50,768 nucleotides of DNA from contig JAYQVM010000002.1 of assembly GCA_038148435.1 (NCBI GenBank), positions 1-50,768 on the forward strand. The letters are read 5' to 3'. The first letter of the stretch is position 1, and each line of letters begins with the position of its first letter. A model generated the notes under the pieces. The model did not search any database. It worked only from the letters and a program-made list of their open reading frames with translations, and was not told where the DNA came from. Positions 7,098 to 16,645 of this stretch are shown one piece after another. Both the position numbers and the translations under genes were made by a program. Origin of the DNA: Gammaproteobacteria bacterium (GTDB lineage Bacteria > Pseudomonadota > Gammaproteobacteria > Pseudomonadales > Pseudohongiellaceae).

Positions 7098-8558
7098 ATG
7101 AAATGCTTGGCTCGACCTCACCATATTAGCAAAGCTCTTTCCATTCATACCTTAATTGGGACCTTAACTTGCGTCATGGTCCTTAGTGCCTGTGCCGTCA
7201 ACCCAACCGGGGGAGTCGATTTCGTCACCATGAGCGAAAGTCGCGAAATTGAGCTGGGCACCGAACTGCATGAAAAAATGCAGCAAGAAACCCCTCTTTA
7301 CCGTGATCAGGGCCTACAGGAATACGTCAATGAAATCGGTCAGAAGCTGGCTGCCGTGTCTCACCGACCTGATATTAAATACACCTTTACCGTTGTCGAT
7401 AGTCCTGATATCAATGCGTTTGCCCTTCCTGGTGGTTTTATTTATATCAACCGGGGACTTATTGCCTACCTTAATTCTGAAGACCAGCTGGCTGCCGTAC
7501 TGGGACATGAAATCGGCCATGTGACTGCCCGTCATGCCGTCCGCCAGCAGGCCGCTCGACAGACGAACAGTGTAATTGCTGGCGTTGCTGTGATTGCAAC
7601 TGGAGTTGGCTCCTTGGGTGAAACAACTTCTTTAATTGGTGGTGCTCTGCTCAGCGGTTATGGCAGAGACATGGAACTCGAATCGGACGGTCTGGGAGCA
7701 GAATATCTAGCAAATGCCGGCTATGACCCGCTTGCGATGGTGGAGGTCATTGGTGTGCTGAAAAACCATGAAGATTTTACCAAGCGGACCTCATCCGGTG
7801 CTGTCAGTTATCATGGTGTGTTTGCCACGCACCCGCGCAATGATACCCGTCTTCAAGAGGTGGTCGGCCGTGCCAGCGAGTTGTCAGAACAGCAGTCCAC
7901 TGTGGTGGACCCGGCTATTTTTAGGGAAAAGGTAAACGGCCTGGTACTGGGACCAAGCCTGCAGATTGGTGGCAGTGAAGCGCGCAACCGTTATTATCAG
8001 AGCCTGCTGAACTATACGATGGTTTTTCCTGATGGCTGGCGTTGGGATGAAACAACTACCCAGTTAAATGCCCGAGATGAAGCTGAGTCTCTGGCCATCA
8101 ATGTCAGAGTACAGCGCCTGCAACAGATAAAGGAGCCTCGCCTCTTTATTCAGGAGGAGTTAGATGTCGACGAGTTGCAGAAAACGGAAGCCCTCAACCA
8201 GTTTGGCCTTCAAGGCTATACCGGGATTAACCCGGCCGACCAGACACGTCTGGCTGTCATCTATTATGGCCCCCGGGCGTTTGTTTTACAGGCCTCCCAA
8301 AGTGGCGGTGAAATATCCGAGGAAAATGATGAAATTCTCATGCAGGCAATTCGCAGCTTCCGTCCCATTGCAGCCAATGAGCGCAGTTTTGCTAACCCAG
8401 TGAGCATTGAATATGTTCGCTCAGATGGCCGCACTTATGAGCAGCTGGCAGAAGACAATATGTTCGATGAAAATGCAGTTGGTTTGCTTAGGCTCTACAA
8501 CGCCGACTATCCTCGTGGTCAGCCAGTCGCCGGAGAGTGGATCAAGATCGTTCGCTAG
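7098..8558 (+). CDS. M48-family zinc metalloprotease, lipoprotein-anchored (486 aa)
   Basis: The lipobox is 'VLSAC|AV'. The zinc motif 'LGHEIGHVTARH' follows 'NAFALPGGFIYINRGL', as in M48 (HtpX/LoiP/BepA-type) peptidases. A downstream 'ELESDGLG' likely supplies the third ligand. I do not recognise the C-terminal ~220 aa. Confidence 0.85.
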   Translation: MKCLARPHHISKALSIHTLIGTLTCVMVLSACAVNPTGGVDFVTMSESREIELGTELHEKMQQETPLYRDQGLQEYVNEIGQKLAAVSHRPDIKYTFTVVDSPDINAFALPGGFIYINRGLIAYLNSEDQLAAVLGHEIGHVTARHAVRQQAARQTNSVIAGVAVIATGVGSLGETTSLIGGALLSGYGRDMELESDGLGAEYLANAGYDPLAMVEVIGVLKNHEDFTKRTSSGAVSYHGVFATHPRNDTRLQEVVGRASELSEQQSTVVDPAIFREKVNGLVLGPSLQIGGSEARNRYYQSLLNYTMVFPDGWRWDETTTQLNARDEAESLAINVRVQRLQQIKEPRLFIQEELDVDELQKTEALNQFGLQGYTGINPADQTRLAVIYYGPRAFVLQASQSGGEISEENDEILMQAIRSFRPIAANERSFANPVSIEYVRSDGRTYEQLAEDNMFDENAVGLLRLYNADYPRGQPVAGEWIKIVR

Positions 8559-8669
8559 TTCTGCTCATGCGGCTGATGCAGGTCAAACAAGGTCTGGCGA
8601 TCTAGGTGGGTGAAATTTCCCAACACCATTAAAGCCTGCTTATAATCAAATTAACGATAGGGAAAAAAC

Positions 8670-8954
8670 ATGCATGAATGCCCACACTGCAATCAGGAAA
8701 GCATCAGCTCAATGCAAAAAGTTCTTGCCGTTTCACCGATTATGGCCACCTGCAAGGTCTGCCGTCGCAAGTCCTATATTCATATCCTTTATGGTTTGAT
8801 CGCCCTGACGGTATGGATCATCATGACCTGGGCTTTAATCGGCTTGGCTTATTTTTTTCAGATGTCATTTTTACTATTCGGTTCTGTGCCCTCTCTGATC
8901 ATTGCCATTGAACGTTATCTCATTCAGGCGCCACTATATAAAGCCCTATACTAA
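8670..8954 (+). CDS. Small membrane protein with an N-terminal CxxC...CxxC zinc-ribbon-like motif (94 aa)
   Basis: 'CPHC...CKVC' is followed by two hydrophobic helices. The gene ends 2 nt before the ubiX start. No family recognised. Confidence 0.45.
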   Translation: MHECPHCNQESISSMQKVLAVSPIMATCKVCRRKSYIHILYGLIALTVWIIMTWALIGLAYFFQMSFLLFGSVPSLIIAIERYLIQAPLYKALY

Positions 8955-8956
8955 GT

Positions 8957-9538
8957 ATGTCTCACTCCACAAAAAAACGGCTTGTAGTCGGCATCAGCGG
9001 TGCCTCAGGCGTCATTTACGGTATTGAAACCCTGAGGCAGCTAAGGCAGGTCGGGCTTGAGTCACATCTGGTTGTCAGCAAAGCCGCCATGCAGACTCTA
9101 AAACACGAGAGCGATATGAGCTTTAGCGACTTGCAGGCACTGGCCGATGTGGTTTATTCCAATCAAGATATTGGTGCCGCAATTGCCAGCGGCAGCTTTA
9201 AAACCGTAGGCATGCTTGTAGCTCCCTGTTCAATTCGCAGTCTTGCAGAAATTGCATCCGGCTTGAGCGCTTCGCTGCTCAGCCGAGCCGCAGATGTAAT
9301 TCTTAAGGAACGCCGTCGCCTGGTATTGCTCGTGAGGGAAACACCGCTGCACGCTGGCCATCTGCAAAGCATGCTAGATGTAACAAACATGGGCGGGATA
9401 ATCATGCCGCCAGTGCCGACTTTTTATACAAAGCCACAAAACATTGAAGAAATGGTAAGCCAAACAATAGCCCGCGCTCTAGATCTTTTTGATATTGAAA
9501 CCACGGCTTTGAAGCGCTGGGATGGCCAAGAGGCTTAA
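8957..9538 (+). CDS. ubiX: Flavin prenyltransferase UbiX
   Basis: 'KRLVVGISGASGVIYGIETLRQL...VAPCSIRSLAEIASG...ERRRLVLLVRETPLH' is the typical UbiX/Pad1 flavoprotein pattern. 193 aa. Confidence 0.9.
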   Translation: MSHSTKKRLVVGISGASGVIYGIETLRQLRQVGLESHLVVSKAAMQTLKHESDMSFSDLQALADVVYSNQDIGAAIASGSFKTVGMLVAPCSIRSLAEIASGLSASLLSRAADVILKERRRLVLLVRETPLHAGHLQSMLDVTNMGGIIMPPVPTFYTKPQNIEEMVSQTIARALDLFDIETTALKRWDGQEA

Positions 9539-9555
9539 ACCACTAGGACAAAAAT

Positions 9556-9584
9556 AAAACAACCGCCAGCTGGCGGGTGTTTTA
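9556..9584. terminator. Bidirectional intrinsic terminator between convergent ubiX and rpmG
   Basis: The GC-rich palindrome CCGCCAG/CTGGCGG (9563-9576) is flanked by an A-run upstream and 'GTGTTTTAT' downstream, so both strands read hairpin then T-tract. Confidence 0.55.
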
Positions 9585-9602
9585 TAAGACAGCCTATTGC
9601 GA

Positions 9603-9758
9603 TTACTTGATTTTGGCTTCCGTATAAATCACATGCTTGCGAACAACAGGATCATATTTTTTGATCTCCATCTTGTCCGGCATATTGCGTTTATTTTTAT
9701 CGGTAGTATAGAAATGACCAGTTTTGGCACTTGATACTAGTCTGATTTTATCTCGCAT
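9603..9758 (-). CDS. rpmG: 50S ribosomal protein L33
   Basis: This is not in the ORF track because it is under 60 aa. My translation of the minus strand is [51 protein letters not shown], the canonical L33 sequence. It lies directly downstream of rpmB. Confidence 0.9.
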   Translation of the reverse strand: MRDKIRLVSSAKTGHFYTTDKNKRNMPDKMEIKKYDPVVRKHVIYTEAKIK

Positions 9759-9790
9759 GACTTTATTCCTGTTTGATGGGCAATGCCTGT

Positions 9791-10027
9791 TTAAACTTTT
9801 ACGCCTCTGCCTCGAATATCGACTAACACTGCATCAATACCTCGTTTGTCGATAACGCGCATCCCCTTGCTGGTCAGGCGTAACTTAACAAAGCGTTTTT
9901 CGGATTCAACCCAAAACCGGTGAGTATGTAGGTTTGGATTGAAACGGCGACGTGTGCGGTTTTTCGCATGAGAAACATTATTCCCGGTCACAGGTCTTTT
10001 CCCGGTTACCATGCATACTCTGGACAT
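9791..10027 (-). CDS. rpmB: 50S ribosomal protein L28
   Basis: '[65 protein letters not shown]' is canonical L28. Confidence 0.95.
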   Translation of the reverse strand: MSRVCMVTGKRPVTGNNVSHAKNRTRRRFNPNLHTHRFWVESEKRFVKLRLTSKGMRVIDKRGIDAVLVDIRGRGVKV

Positions 10028-10315
10028 TGTTATGGCCTCGTTTTACCTAGTTTCACTTCGCCGGGCGAAGCGCGTTGAATTCTGTAAAAAAAAGAGCTGC
10101 GTTTTATACCAGAACGGCCCAGAAATGGCAAGAATTACGCGCAGTTAAAGCGTGCATCGTTCGGCCAGCTAGTTAACTTCCTCATCACCGACATTCAGGT
10201 GGCTATGTGTGCGAATGTCCACCAGGCTGTTTGCAACCTGAGCAAAATTGAATATTGATCATCATGCTGCTAGGCTTCTTCAACTTTTTATTGTTCTACA
10301 TTCACCTTTCCAGAC

Positions 10316-11509
10316 ATGCTGAGCCTCATTAATAAAAACATCATCCTGGGTATTACTGGCGGCATTGCGGCTTATAAAAGTGCTGAACTGTGCCGCCTTC
10401 TTATTAAGGCAGGAGCTCAGGTGAGAGTTGTGATGACGGATGCTGCCTGTGAATTTATTACCCCACTGACACTGCAGGCATTATCGGGTCATAAAGTGCA
10501 CAGAGAATTACTGGATGAAGATGTAGAGGCCGCTATGGGACATATTGAGCTGGCTCGCTGGGCCGATCTCATCCTGATTGCCCCGACCAGTGCTGACTTT
10601 ATGGCACGGCTGGCGCATGGAAAGGCTAGCGATTTGTTAAGCGCGCTTTGTCTAGCCCGGCGATGTCCTCTGGCCATTGCTCCCGCTATGAACCAGGCAA
10701 TGTGGTCAAAACAAAATACTCAGGAAAATCTCCAGACTTTACAGCAAAAACAGGTGCATATTCTGGGGCCGACTGAAGGCGATCAGGCTTGTGGTGATGT
10801 CGGTCCGGGACGTATGCTGGAAGCAGAGGAACTGTGCCAGCTTGCCGCTGGCTTTTTCCAGCAGGGCAGCCTGGCGGGATTAAGCGTCTGCATCAGTGCC
10901 GGACCCACCCGAGAAGCAATAGATCCGGTGCGTTACATTAGTAATCATAGCTCAGGCAAAATGGGCTATGCAATTGCTCAAGCTGCCGTTGAAGCAGGGG
11001 CCGCTGTCACATTGGTCAGCGGCCCCGTTTCACTGTCAGTGCCAGAATCACTCACGCTAAAGCCGGTGGAAAGTGCTGCTCAAATGCATGCGGCCTGCCT
11101 GGACAGTCCCTGCGATATTTTTATCGGCGTGGCTGCAGTCGCCGACTATCGACCTGTGAAGATACTCCCGATCAAGATCAAGAAGTCTGAGTCAAGCATG
11201 ACTATTAGACTGGAAAAAACGCCGGATATCCTGGCAGACATTGCAGGTCAAGAAAAGCCTCCTTTCTGTGTAGGCTTTGCCGCAGAAACGGAAAACCTAG
11301 AAGCGTATGCTCTGGCAAAGTTGCAGGACAAAAGGCTAGATATGATTGTTGCCAATCAGGCCACTGAGACTTTCAATCGGGAAGTGGCCAGCGTTACTGT
11401 ATACTGGCCTGGCCATAACAAGGCTTTTACAGGCCTGCGTAAAAGCCTCCTAGCGAGGAAACTCATTGAGCTGATCGCAGAATGTTATCGAACTAAAGCC
11501 CTCTTATAA
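10316..11509 (+). CDS. coaBC: Bifunctional phosphopantothenoylcysteine decarboxylase / phosphopantothenate-cysteine ligase
   Basis: It has an N-terminal flavoprotein domain ('ILGITGGIAAYKSAELCRLL', 'PAMNQAMW') and a C-terminal CoaB domain ('SAGPTREAIDPVRYISNHSSGKMGYAIA'). 397 aa. Confidence 0.95.
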   Translation: MLSLINKNIILGITGGIAAYKSAELCRLLIKAGAQVRVVMTDAACEFITPLTLQALSGHKVHRELLDEDVEAAMGHIELARWADLILIAPTSADFMARLAHGKASDLLSALCLARRCPLAIAPAMNQAMWSKQNTQENLQTLQQKQVHILGPTEGDQACGDVGPGRMLEAEELCQLAAGFFQQGSLAGLSVCISAGPTREAIDPVRYISNHSSGKMGYAIAQAAVEAGAAVTLVSGPVSLSVPESLTLKPVESAAQMHAACLDSPCDIFIGVAAVADYRPVKILPIKIKKSESSMTIRLEKTPDILADIAGQEKPPFCVGFAAETENLEAYALAKLQDKRLDMIVANQATETFNREVASVTVYWPGHNKAFTGLRKSLLARKLIELIAECYRTKALL

Positions 11510-11577
11510 GACTGTCATGCCTGAAGTGTGCAAGTGCCGCAATATTCCTTATAATTCATAAAATTCGTAGTAAGTAA

Positions 11578-12510
<933 letters not shown>

Positions 12511-12533
12511 GCGAAGACTAAAGGGAGGCACCT

Positions 12534-13130
12534 ATGGCAAAACCCGATAAAAACTCCCGCCGCGATCAGATACTTCATGTCTTGGCACAGATGCTTGAAG
12601 AAAACCCCGGGGGGAGAATCACCACGGCCACACTTGCAAGACAGGTAGGTGTTTCCGAGGCCGCACTATATCGGCATTTTCCCAGCAAGGCACGCATGTT
12701 TGAAGGCTTGACCGCCTTCATCGAAAACACACTGTTCTCCCGTATCAGCCGAATTATTGCCAATAATGGTTCAGTACTCGAGCAATGTGAGCGTATCATC
12801 TTTTTGACACTGACCTTTGCTGAAAAGAACCCTGGCATAACCCGGATCTTGAACGGAGATGCACTGGCTGGAGAGCCGGAACGATTACGTCAACAGGTGT
12901 CAAAGATTTTCGAAAGGCTGGAAACTCAGCTAAAGCAGATCATTCGGGAGGCCGAACTCAAAGAAGGCCTGCGCACGCGGGAATCCGTGACAACAACAGC
13001 AAATCTGCTGATTGCCTATACAGAAGGCAAAATTTCCCAATATGTACGCAGTGATTTTAAACGTCTGCCGACCGAGGGCTGGGCCGAGCAATGGCTCTTG
13101 CTACAAAGCCCGCTGTTCTATACGCCATAG
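12534..13130 (+). CDS. slmA: Nucleoid occlusion factor SlmA (TetR family)
   Basis: '[51 protein letters not shown]' closely parallels E. coli SlmA '[52 protein letters not shown]'. Its position next to pyrE is conserved. Confidence 0.85.
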   Translation: MAKPDKNSRRDQILHVLAQMLEENPGGRITTATLARQVGVSEAALYRHFPSKARMFEGLTAFIENTLFSRISRIIANNGSVLEQCERIIFLTLTFAEKNPGITRILNGDALAGEPERLRQQVSKIFERLETQLKQIIREAELKEGLRTRESVTTTANLLIAYTEGKISQYVRSDFKRLPTEGWAEQWLLLQSPLFYTP

Positions 13131-13762
13131 GTATGCTTGTAAGCCAGCAAATCCGGCAGGTACTTACGCAAACGCTCGTCTCCGCTATCTAGGTAATCCA
13201 GAATCTGCCCCAGATTGATAATACTGAGCACCGGAATATCGTAATCCGCTTCAATTTCCTGAATAGCTGAAATTTCGCCCTGGCCTTTTTCCTGACGGTC
13301 TAGCGCCACCAAAACGCCAACTGCTTCAGCTCCCGCCTGATTAATTAGCTCCATGACTTCACGGATTGCGGTGCCCGCAGTAATGACATCATCCACGATC
13401 AGAACCCGTCCTTTGAGCTCGGCGCCGACAATGTTGCCACCTTCACCATGATCCTTGGCCTCCTTGCGGTTAAAACAGTATGGCTTGCTGATTCCGAACT
13501 CCTGGTTGAGCGCAATGGAACTGGCGGCCACCAGCGGTATGCCCTTGTATGCCGGCCCAAACAGCACATCGAAATCCAGCTTGGCATCGGCAATTGCTGC
13601 GGCATAGGAACTGCCAACCTGGGCCAGCGACGCGCCCGTATTAAACAAGCCTGCATTGAAAAAATATGGACTCTTGCGGCCCGACTTCAGGGTAAAGTTG
13701 CCAAAGCGCAGGATCTTCTCGGCGGTAACAAAGTCCAGAAACTGCAATTGATAATTTTTCAT
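13118..13762 (-). CDS. pyrE: Orotate phosphoribosyltransferase
   Basis: '[18 protein letters not shown]...[12 protein letters not shown]...[17 protein letters not shown]' contains the PRPP-binding motif. 214 aa. Confidence 0.95.
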   Translation of the reverse strand: MKNYQLQFLDFVTAEKILRFGNFTLKSGRKSPYFFNAGLFNTGASLAQVGSSYAAAIADAKLDFDVLFGPAYKGIPLVAASSIALNQEFGISKPYCFNRKEAKDHGEGGNIVGAELKGRVLIVDDVITAGTAIREVMELINQAGAEAVGVLVALDRQEKGQGEISAIQEIEADYDIPVLSIINLGQILDYLDSGDERLRKYLPDLLAYKHTYGV

Positions 13763-14493
13763 GGATCTGTCTCAAGCGCTTTTTTTTGCGCATCCAGCAA
13801 CCGTTTTATGCCTGCCTGGGCGAGGCTGATCATCTTGTTCAGCTCTTCAGCATTGAACTCGCCGTCCTCCCCGGTGCCCTGGATTTCTATAAAGCCGCCC
13901 CTGTCCGTCATGACCACATTCATATCGGTCTCGGCGCTAGAATCTTCCTGGTAATCAAGATCCAGTACCGGCACTCCCCGGACTATACCGACAGAGATCG
14001 AAGCTATCATTTGTTTAAGTGGGCTTTGTTTGAGCAGGCCACGTTCCTGCATCACGCTAAGCGCATCAACCAGCGCGACATAGGCGCCGGTAATGGAGGC
14101 GGTACGTGTGCCGCCATCAGCCTGAATCACATCACAGTCCAGTTTAATGGTGTTCTCGCCCAGCAGTTTCATGTCCACTGCTGCCCGCAAGGCCCGCCCA
14201 ATCAGCCGTTGAATTTCCTGGGTTCGGCCGCTCTGTTTGCCGCGGGCAGCCTCCCTGTCCATACGACTACCGGTTGAGCGTGGCAACATTCCGTACTCAG
14301 CGGTGACCCAACCCTGACCCTTGCCTTTCAGAAAGCGTGGAACCGAATCCTCCACGCTGGCGGTGCACAGGACCTTGGTGTCTCCAAACTCAATCAGAAC
14401 CGAGCCTTCAGCATGTTTGGTGTAATGGCGGGTAATCTGTATTTCTCTTAGCTGGTCCGCTGATCTGCCGCTGGGACGAATTGATTTAGACAT
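13759..14493 (-). CDS. rph: Ribonuclease PH
   Basis: '[42 protein letters not shown]...[15 protein letters not shown]' is canonical RNase PH. There is a 4-nt overlap with pyrE. Confidence 0.95.
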   Translation of the reverse strand: MSKSIRPSGRSADQLREIQITRHYTKHAEGSVLIEFGDTKVLCTASVEDSVPRFLKGKGQGWVTAEYGMLPRSTGSRMDREAARGKQSGRTQEIQRLIGRALRAAVDMKLLGENTIKLDCDVIQADGGTRTASITGAYVALVDALSVMQERGLLKQSPLKQMIASISVGIVRGVPVLDLDYQEDSSAETDMNVVMTDRGGFIEIQGTGEDGEFNAEELNKMISLAQAGIKRLLDAQKKALETDP

Positions 14494-14643
14494 TAACTTC
14501 TCCGTCTTTGATGAACTTCACAGGCGGGTCTTACTCCTGCTAGAGGCATTGTAAAGGCTGAGCAAATATCAGCAAATGAATTTTATAAAATACGGCAAAT
14601 CCGCTATAGTGCTTGCCTTAATTCAGACAGGTAGTACAGACCC

Positions 14644-15507
14644 ATGACGCAAAGCATGACAGCTTTTGCCCGGCAGCAGGCAAACTATGACTGGGGAACG
14701 CTGGTCTGGGAAATCCGCTCCGTCAATCACCGTTATCTTGAGGCCGGTGTCCGCCTGCCCGAATCATTTCGTGATGTGGAGATGCAGTGTCGTGAGCAGA
14801 TCCGCTCCAGTCTTAAACGCGGCAAGGTAGATGCGCAACTTAAATTCACCCCCAATCAAGGCATAAGCAAAATTAAGCTCAATGAAGAACTCTTGCTGCA
14901 ACTCAAGAAGGCTCAGCAGGATGTCTCAACACAGATTCCCGAACTGACTCAGCCGAGCAGCCTCGATGTCCTGCGTTGGCCGGGAATGATTGAGGATGCG
15001 GGCCAGGAAACTGAAGACATCAAGCCAGCCGTGATGACGCTGTTCAAGCTCTGTCTGGATGCCCTGCAGGAACAGCGCGCCAAGGAAGGGCAGCAGCTAC
15101 AGGCATTTGTTGGCCAGCGCCTGGATGCCATCTCAGAGATTATTACTGACATCAAAAAGGCCATGCCACAAATTCTCCGGGCTCAGCAGGAGCGGCTGAA
15201 AGAAACGCTCCATGAGCTGCTGGAACAGCTTGATGAAACCCGGCTGGAACAGGAAATTGTCATGCTGGCTCAAAAAGCGGACATCTCCGAGGAAACCGAC
15301 CGCCTGGAAGCGCATGTGGAAGAAGTCCGCGAGGCGCTCAAGCAAAAAGATGCCGTTGGCCGTAAGCTGGATTTCCTGATGCAGGAACTCAACCGAGAAG
15401 CCAATACCATTTGCTCCAAGGCAGTGGTGATTGATACCACGCTGAATGCTGTAGAACTAAAAGTGCTGATTGAACAGATGCGCGAGCAGGTTCAGAACAT
15501 CGAATAA
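14644..15507 (+). CDS. yicC: YicC-family stress-induced protein
   Basis: 'MTAFARQQANYDWGTLVWEIRSVNHRYLE...GRKLDFLMQELNREANTI' has the YicC N- and C-terminal signatures. Synteny with rph and gmk is conserved. Confidence 0.85.
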   Translation: MTQSMTAFARQQANYDWGTLVWEIRSVNHRYLEAGVRLPESFRDVEMQCREQIRSSLKRGKVDAQLKFTPNQGISKIKLNEELLLQLKKAQQDVSTQIPELTQPSSLDVLRWPGMIEDAGQETEDIKPAVMTLFKLCLDALQEQRAKEGQQLQAFVGQRLDAISEIITDIKKAMPQILRAQQERLKETLHELLEQLDETRLEQEIVMLAQKADISEETDRLEAHVEEVREALKQKDAVGRKLDFLMQELNREANTICSKAVVIDTTLNAVELKVLIEQMREQVQNIE

Positions 15508-15511
15508 GGAC

Positions 15512-16141
15512 ATGCAAAACGGATCCCTGTTTCTAATTTCTGCTCCCTCCGGTGCCGGCAAAACCTCTCTGGTGAAAGCTGCCCTGGATGAAGCTTCGTG
15601 TGATCCCGACAACAAGCTCTGCGTCTCAGTTTCTTACACGACTCGCCCGAAAAGGGAACTTGAAGTCGAAGGCGTCAATTATCACTTTGTCAGCAAGGAA
15701 GATTTTCAGACCATGCAGGCTCAAGGTGGTTTTCTGGAAAGCGCTCTAGTATTTGGCAATTATTACGGAACTTCCCGCGCCTGGGTGGAAGAGTGCCTGC
15801 GAACCGGTTGGCATGTCATTCTGGAAATAGACTGGCAGGGTGCTGAACAGATCAAAAAGCTTATCCCTGAAGCCGTAGGCATTTTTATTTTACCGCCCTC
15901 ACTAATCACCCTGCGCATGCGTCTGCAAAGCAGGGCTCAGGATAAGGCTGAGGTTATTGAACAACGCATGGCCGAGGCCATAAGCGAAATATCCCATTAT
16001 CAACTGGCTGATTACCTGCTGATCAACGATGATTTCGAGCAGGCCGTCAACCAGTTGCTGTGTATATTCAAGGGTAACTATCAGCCTTCAGCCGAGGACC
16101 TCAATCGCCAACAACAGCTGATTGAAAACCTGCTACCATAA
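15512..16141 (+). CDS. gmk: Guanylate kinase
   Basis: I chose the ATG at 15512, just after the yicC stop. The P-loop is 'LFLISAPSGAGKTSL', followed by 'YTTRPKRELEVEGVNYHFVS'. The 15470 extension in the track overlaps yicC. Confidence 0.93.
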   Translation: MQNGSLFLISAPSGAGKTSLVKAALDEASCDPDNKLCVSVSYTTRPKRELEVEGVNYHFVSKEDFQTMQAQGGFLESALVFGNYYGTSRAWVEECLRTGWHVILEIDWQGAEQIKKLIPEAVGIFILPPSLITLRMRLQSRAQDKAEVIEQRMAEAISEISHYQLADYLLINDDFEQAVNQLLCIFKGNYQPSAEDLNRQQQLIENLLP

Positions 16142-16240
16142 TCCCGGCAAAACTCTTATAATTGCTGAGTTTGTAACAACAGGTAAACCCTTATACAGGC
16201 GGTCTTCAATCGTCTCGATGGCCGCAACAGGATAGGAATC

Positions 16241-16615
16241 ATGGCACGTATTACTGTAGAAGATTGTTTAGATAATGTAGAAAACCGCTTTGAACTGGTC
16301 ATGGTTGCCAGCAAGCGCGCCCGCCAAATCCAGACCGGCGGCAAGGAGCCAATGGTGCCTGAGGATAATGATAAACCGACGGTTCTGGCTCTGCGTGAAA
16401 TCGCAGCAGACCTTGTAGACCGTGACATTTTGATTGATACTCACGGAGTAGAGGTGGGGCAAGGTGTTGCGCTGGCTCAGGAAGCAGAACAATTCGCTGC
16501 TCAGGACAGGCACGATATTTCCATTGAGGATGCCATGGGCGCCGAACTGGTTGCAGAAGAAATTCAGGACGATACGCCTGCTGCAGACCCAGAGGTCGAC
16601 AGCGAAGAGCAGTAA
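16241..16615 (+). CDS. rpoZ: RNA polymerase omega subunit, with an extended acidic C-terminal tail
   Basis: '[30 protein letters not shown]' is canonical omega. It is 124 aa against about 91 aa in E. coli. Confidence 0.93.
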   Translation: MARITVEDCLDNVENRFELVMVASKRARQIQTGGKEPMVPEDNDKPTVLALREIAADLVDRDILIDTHGVEVGQGVALAQEAEQFAAQDRHDISIEDAMGAELVAEEIQDDTPAADPEVDSEEQ

Positions 16616-16645
16616 GCATTCGTACAGGCCTCTGTTCCACTCTCC

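Noticed and set aside
10056-10070. The hairpin CTTCGCC-G-GGCGAAG in the rpmB leader, as a possible ribosomal-protein autoregulatory element
   Set aside because: It is a single short GC hairpin, and I can name no established L28/L33 leader motif. It could equally be a divergent-promoter spacer structure. This is not enough evidence for a feature call.
13448-14277. Plus-strand ORFs of 168 aa and 163 aa across pyrE and rph
   Set aside because: They are antisense to canonical pyrE and rph, so they are shadow ORFs with no independent signal.
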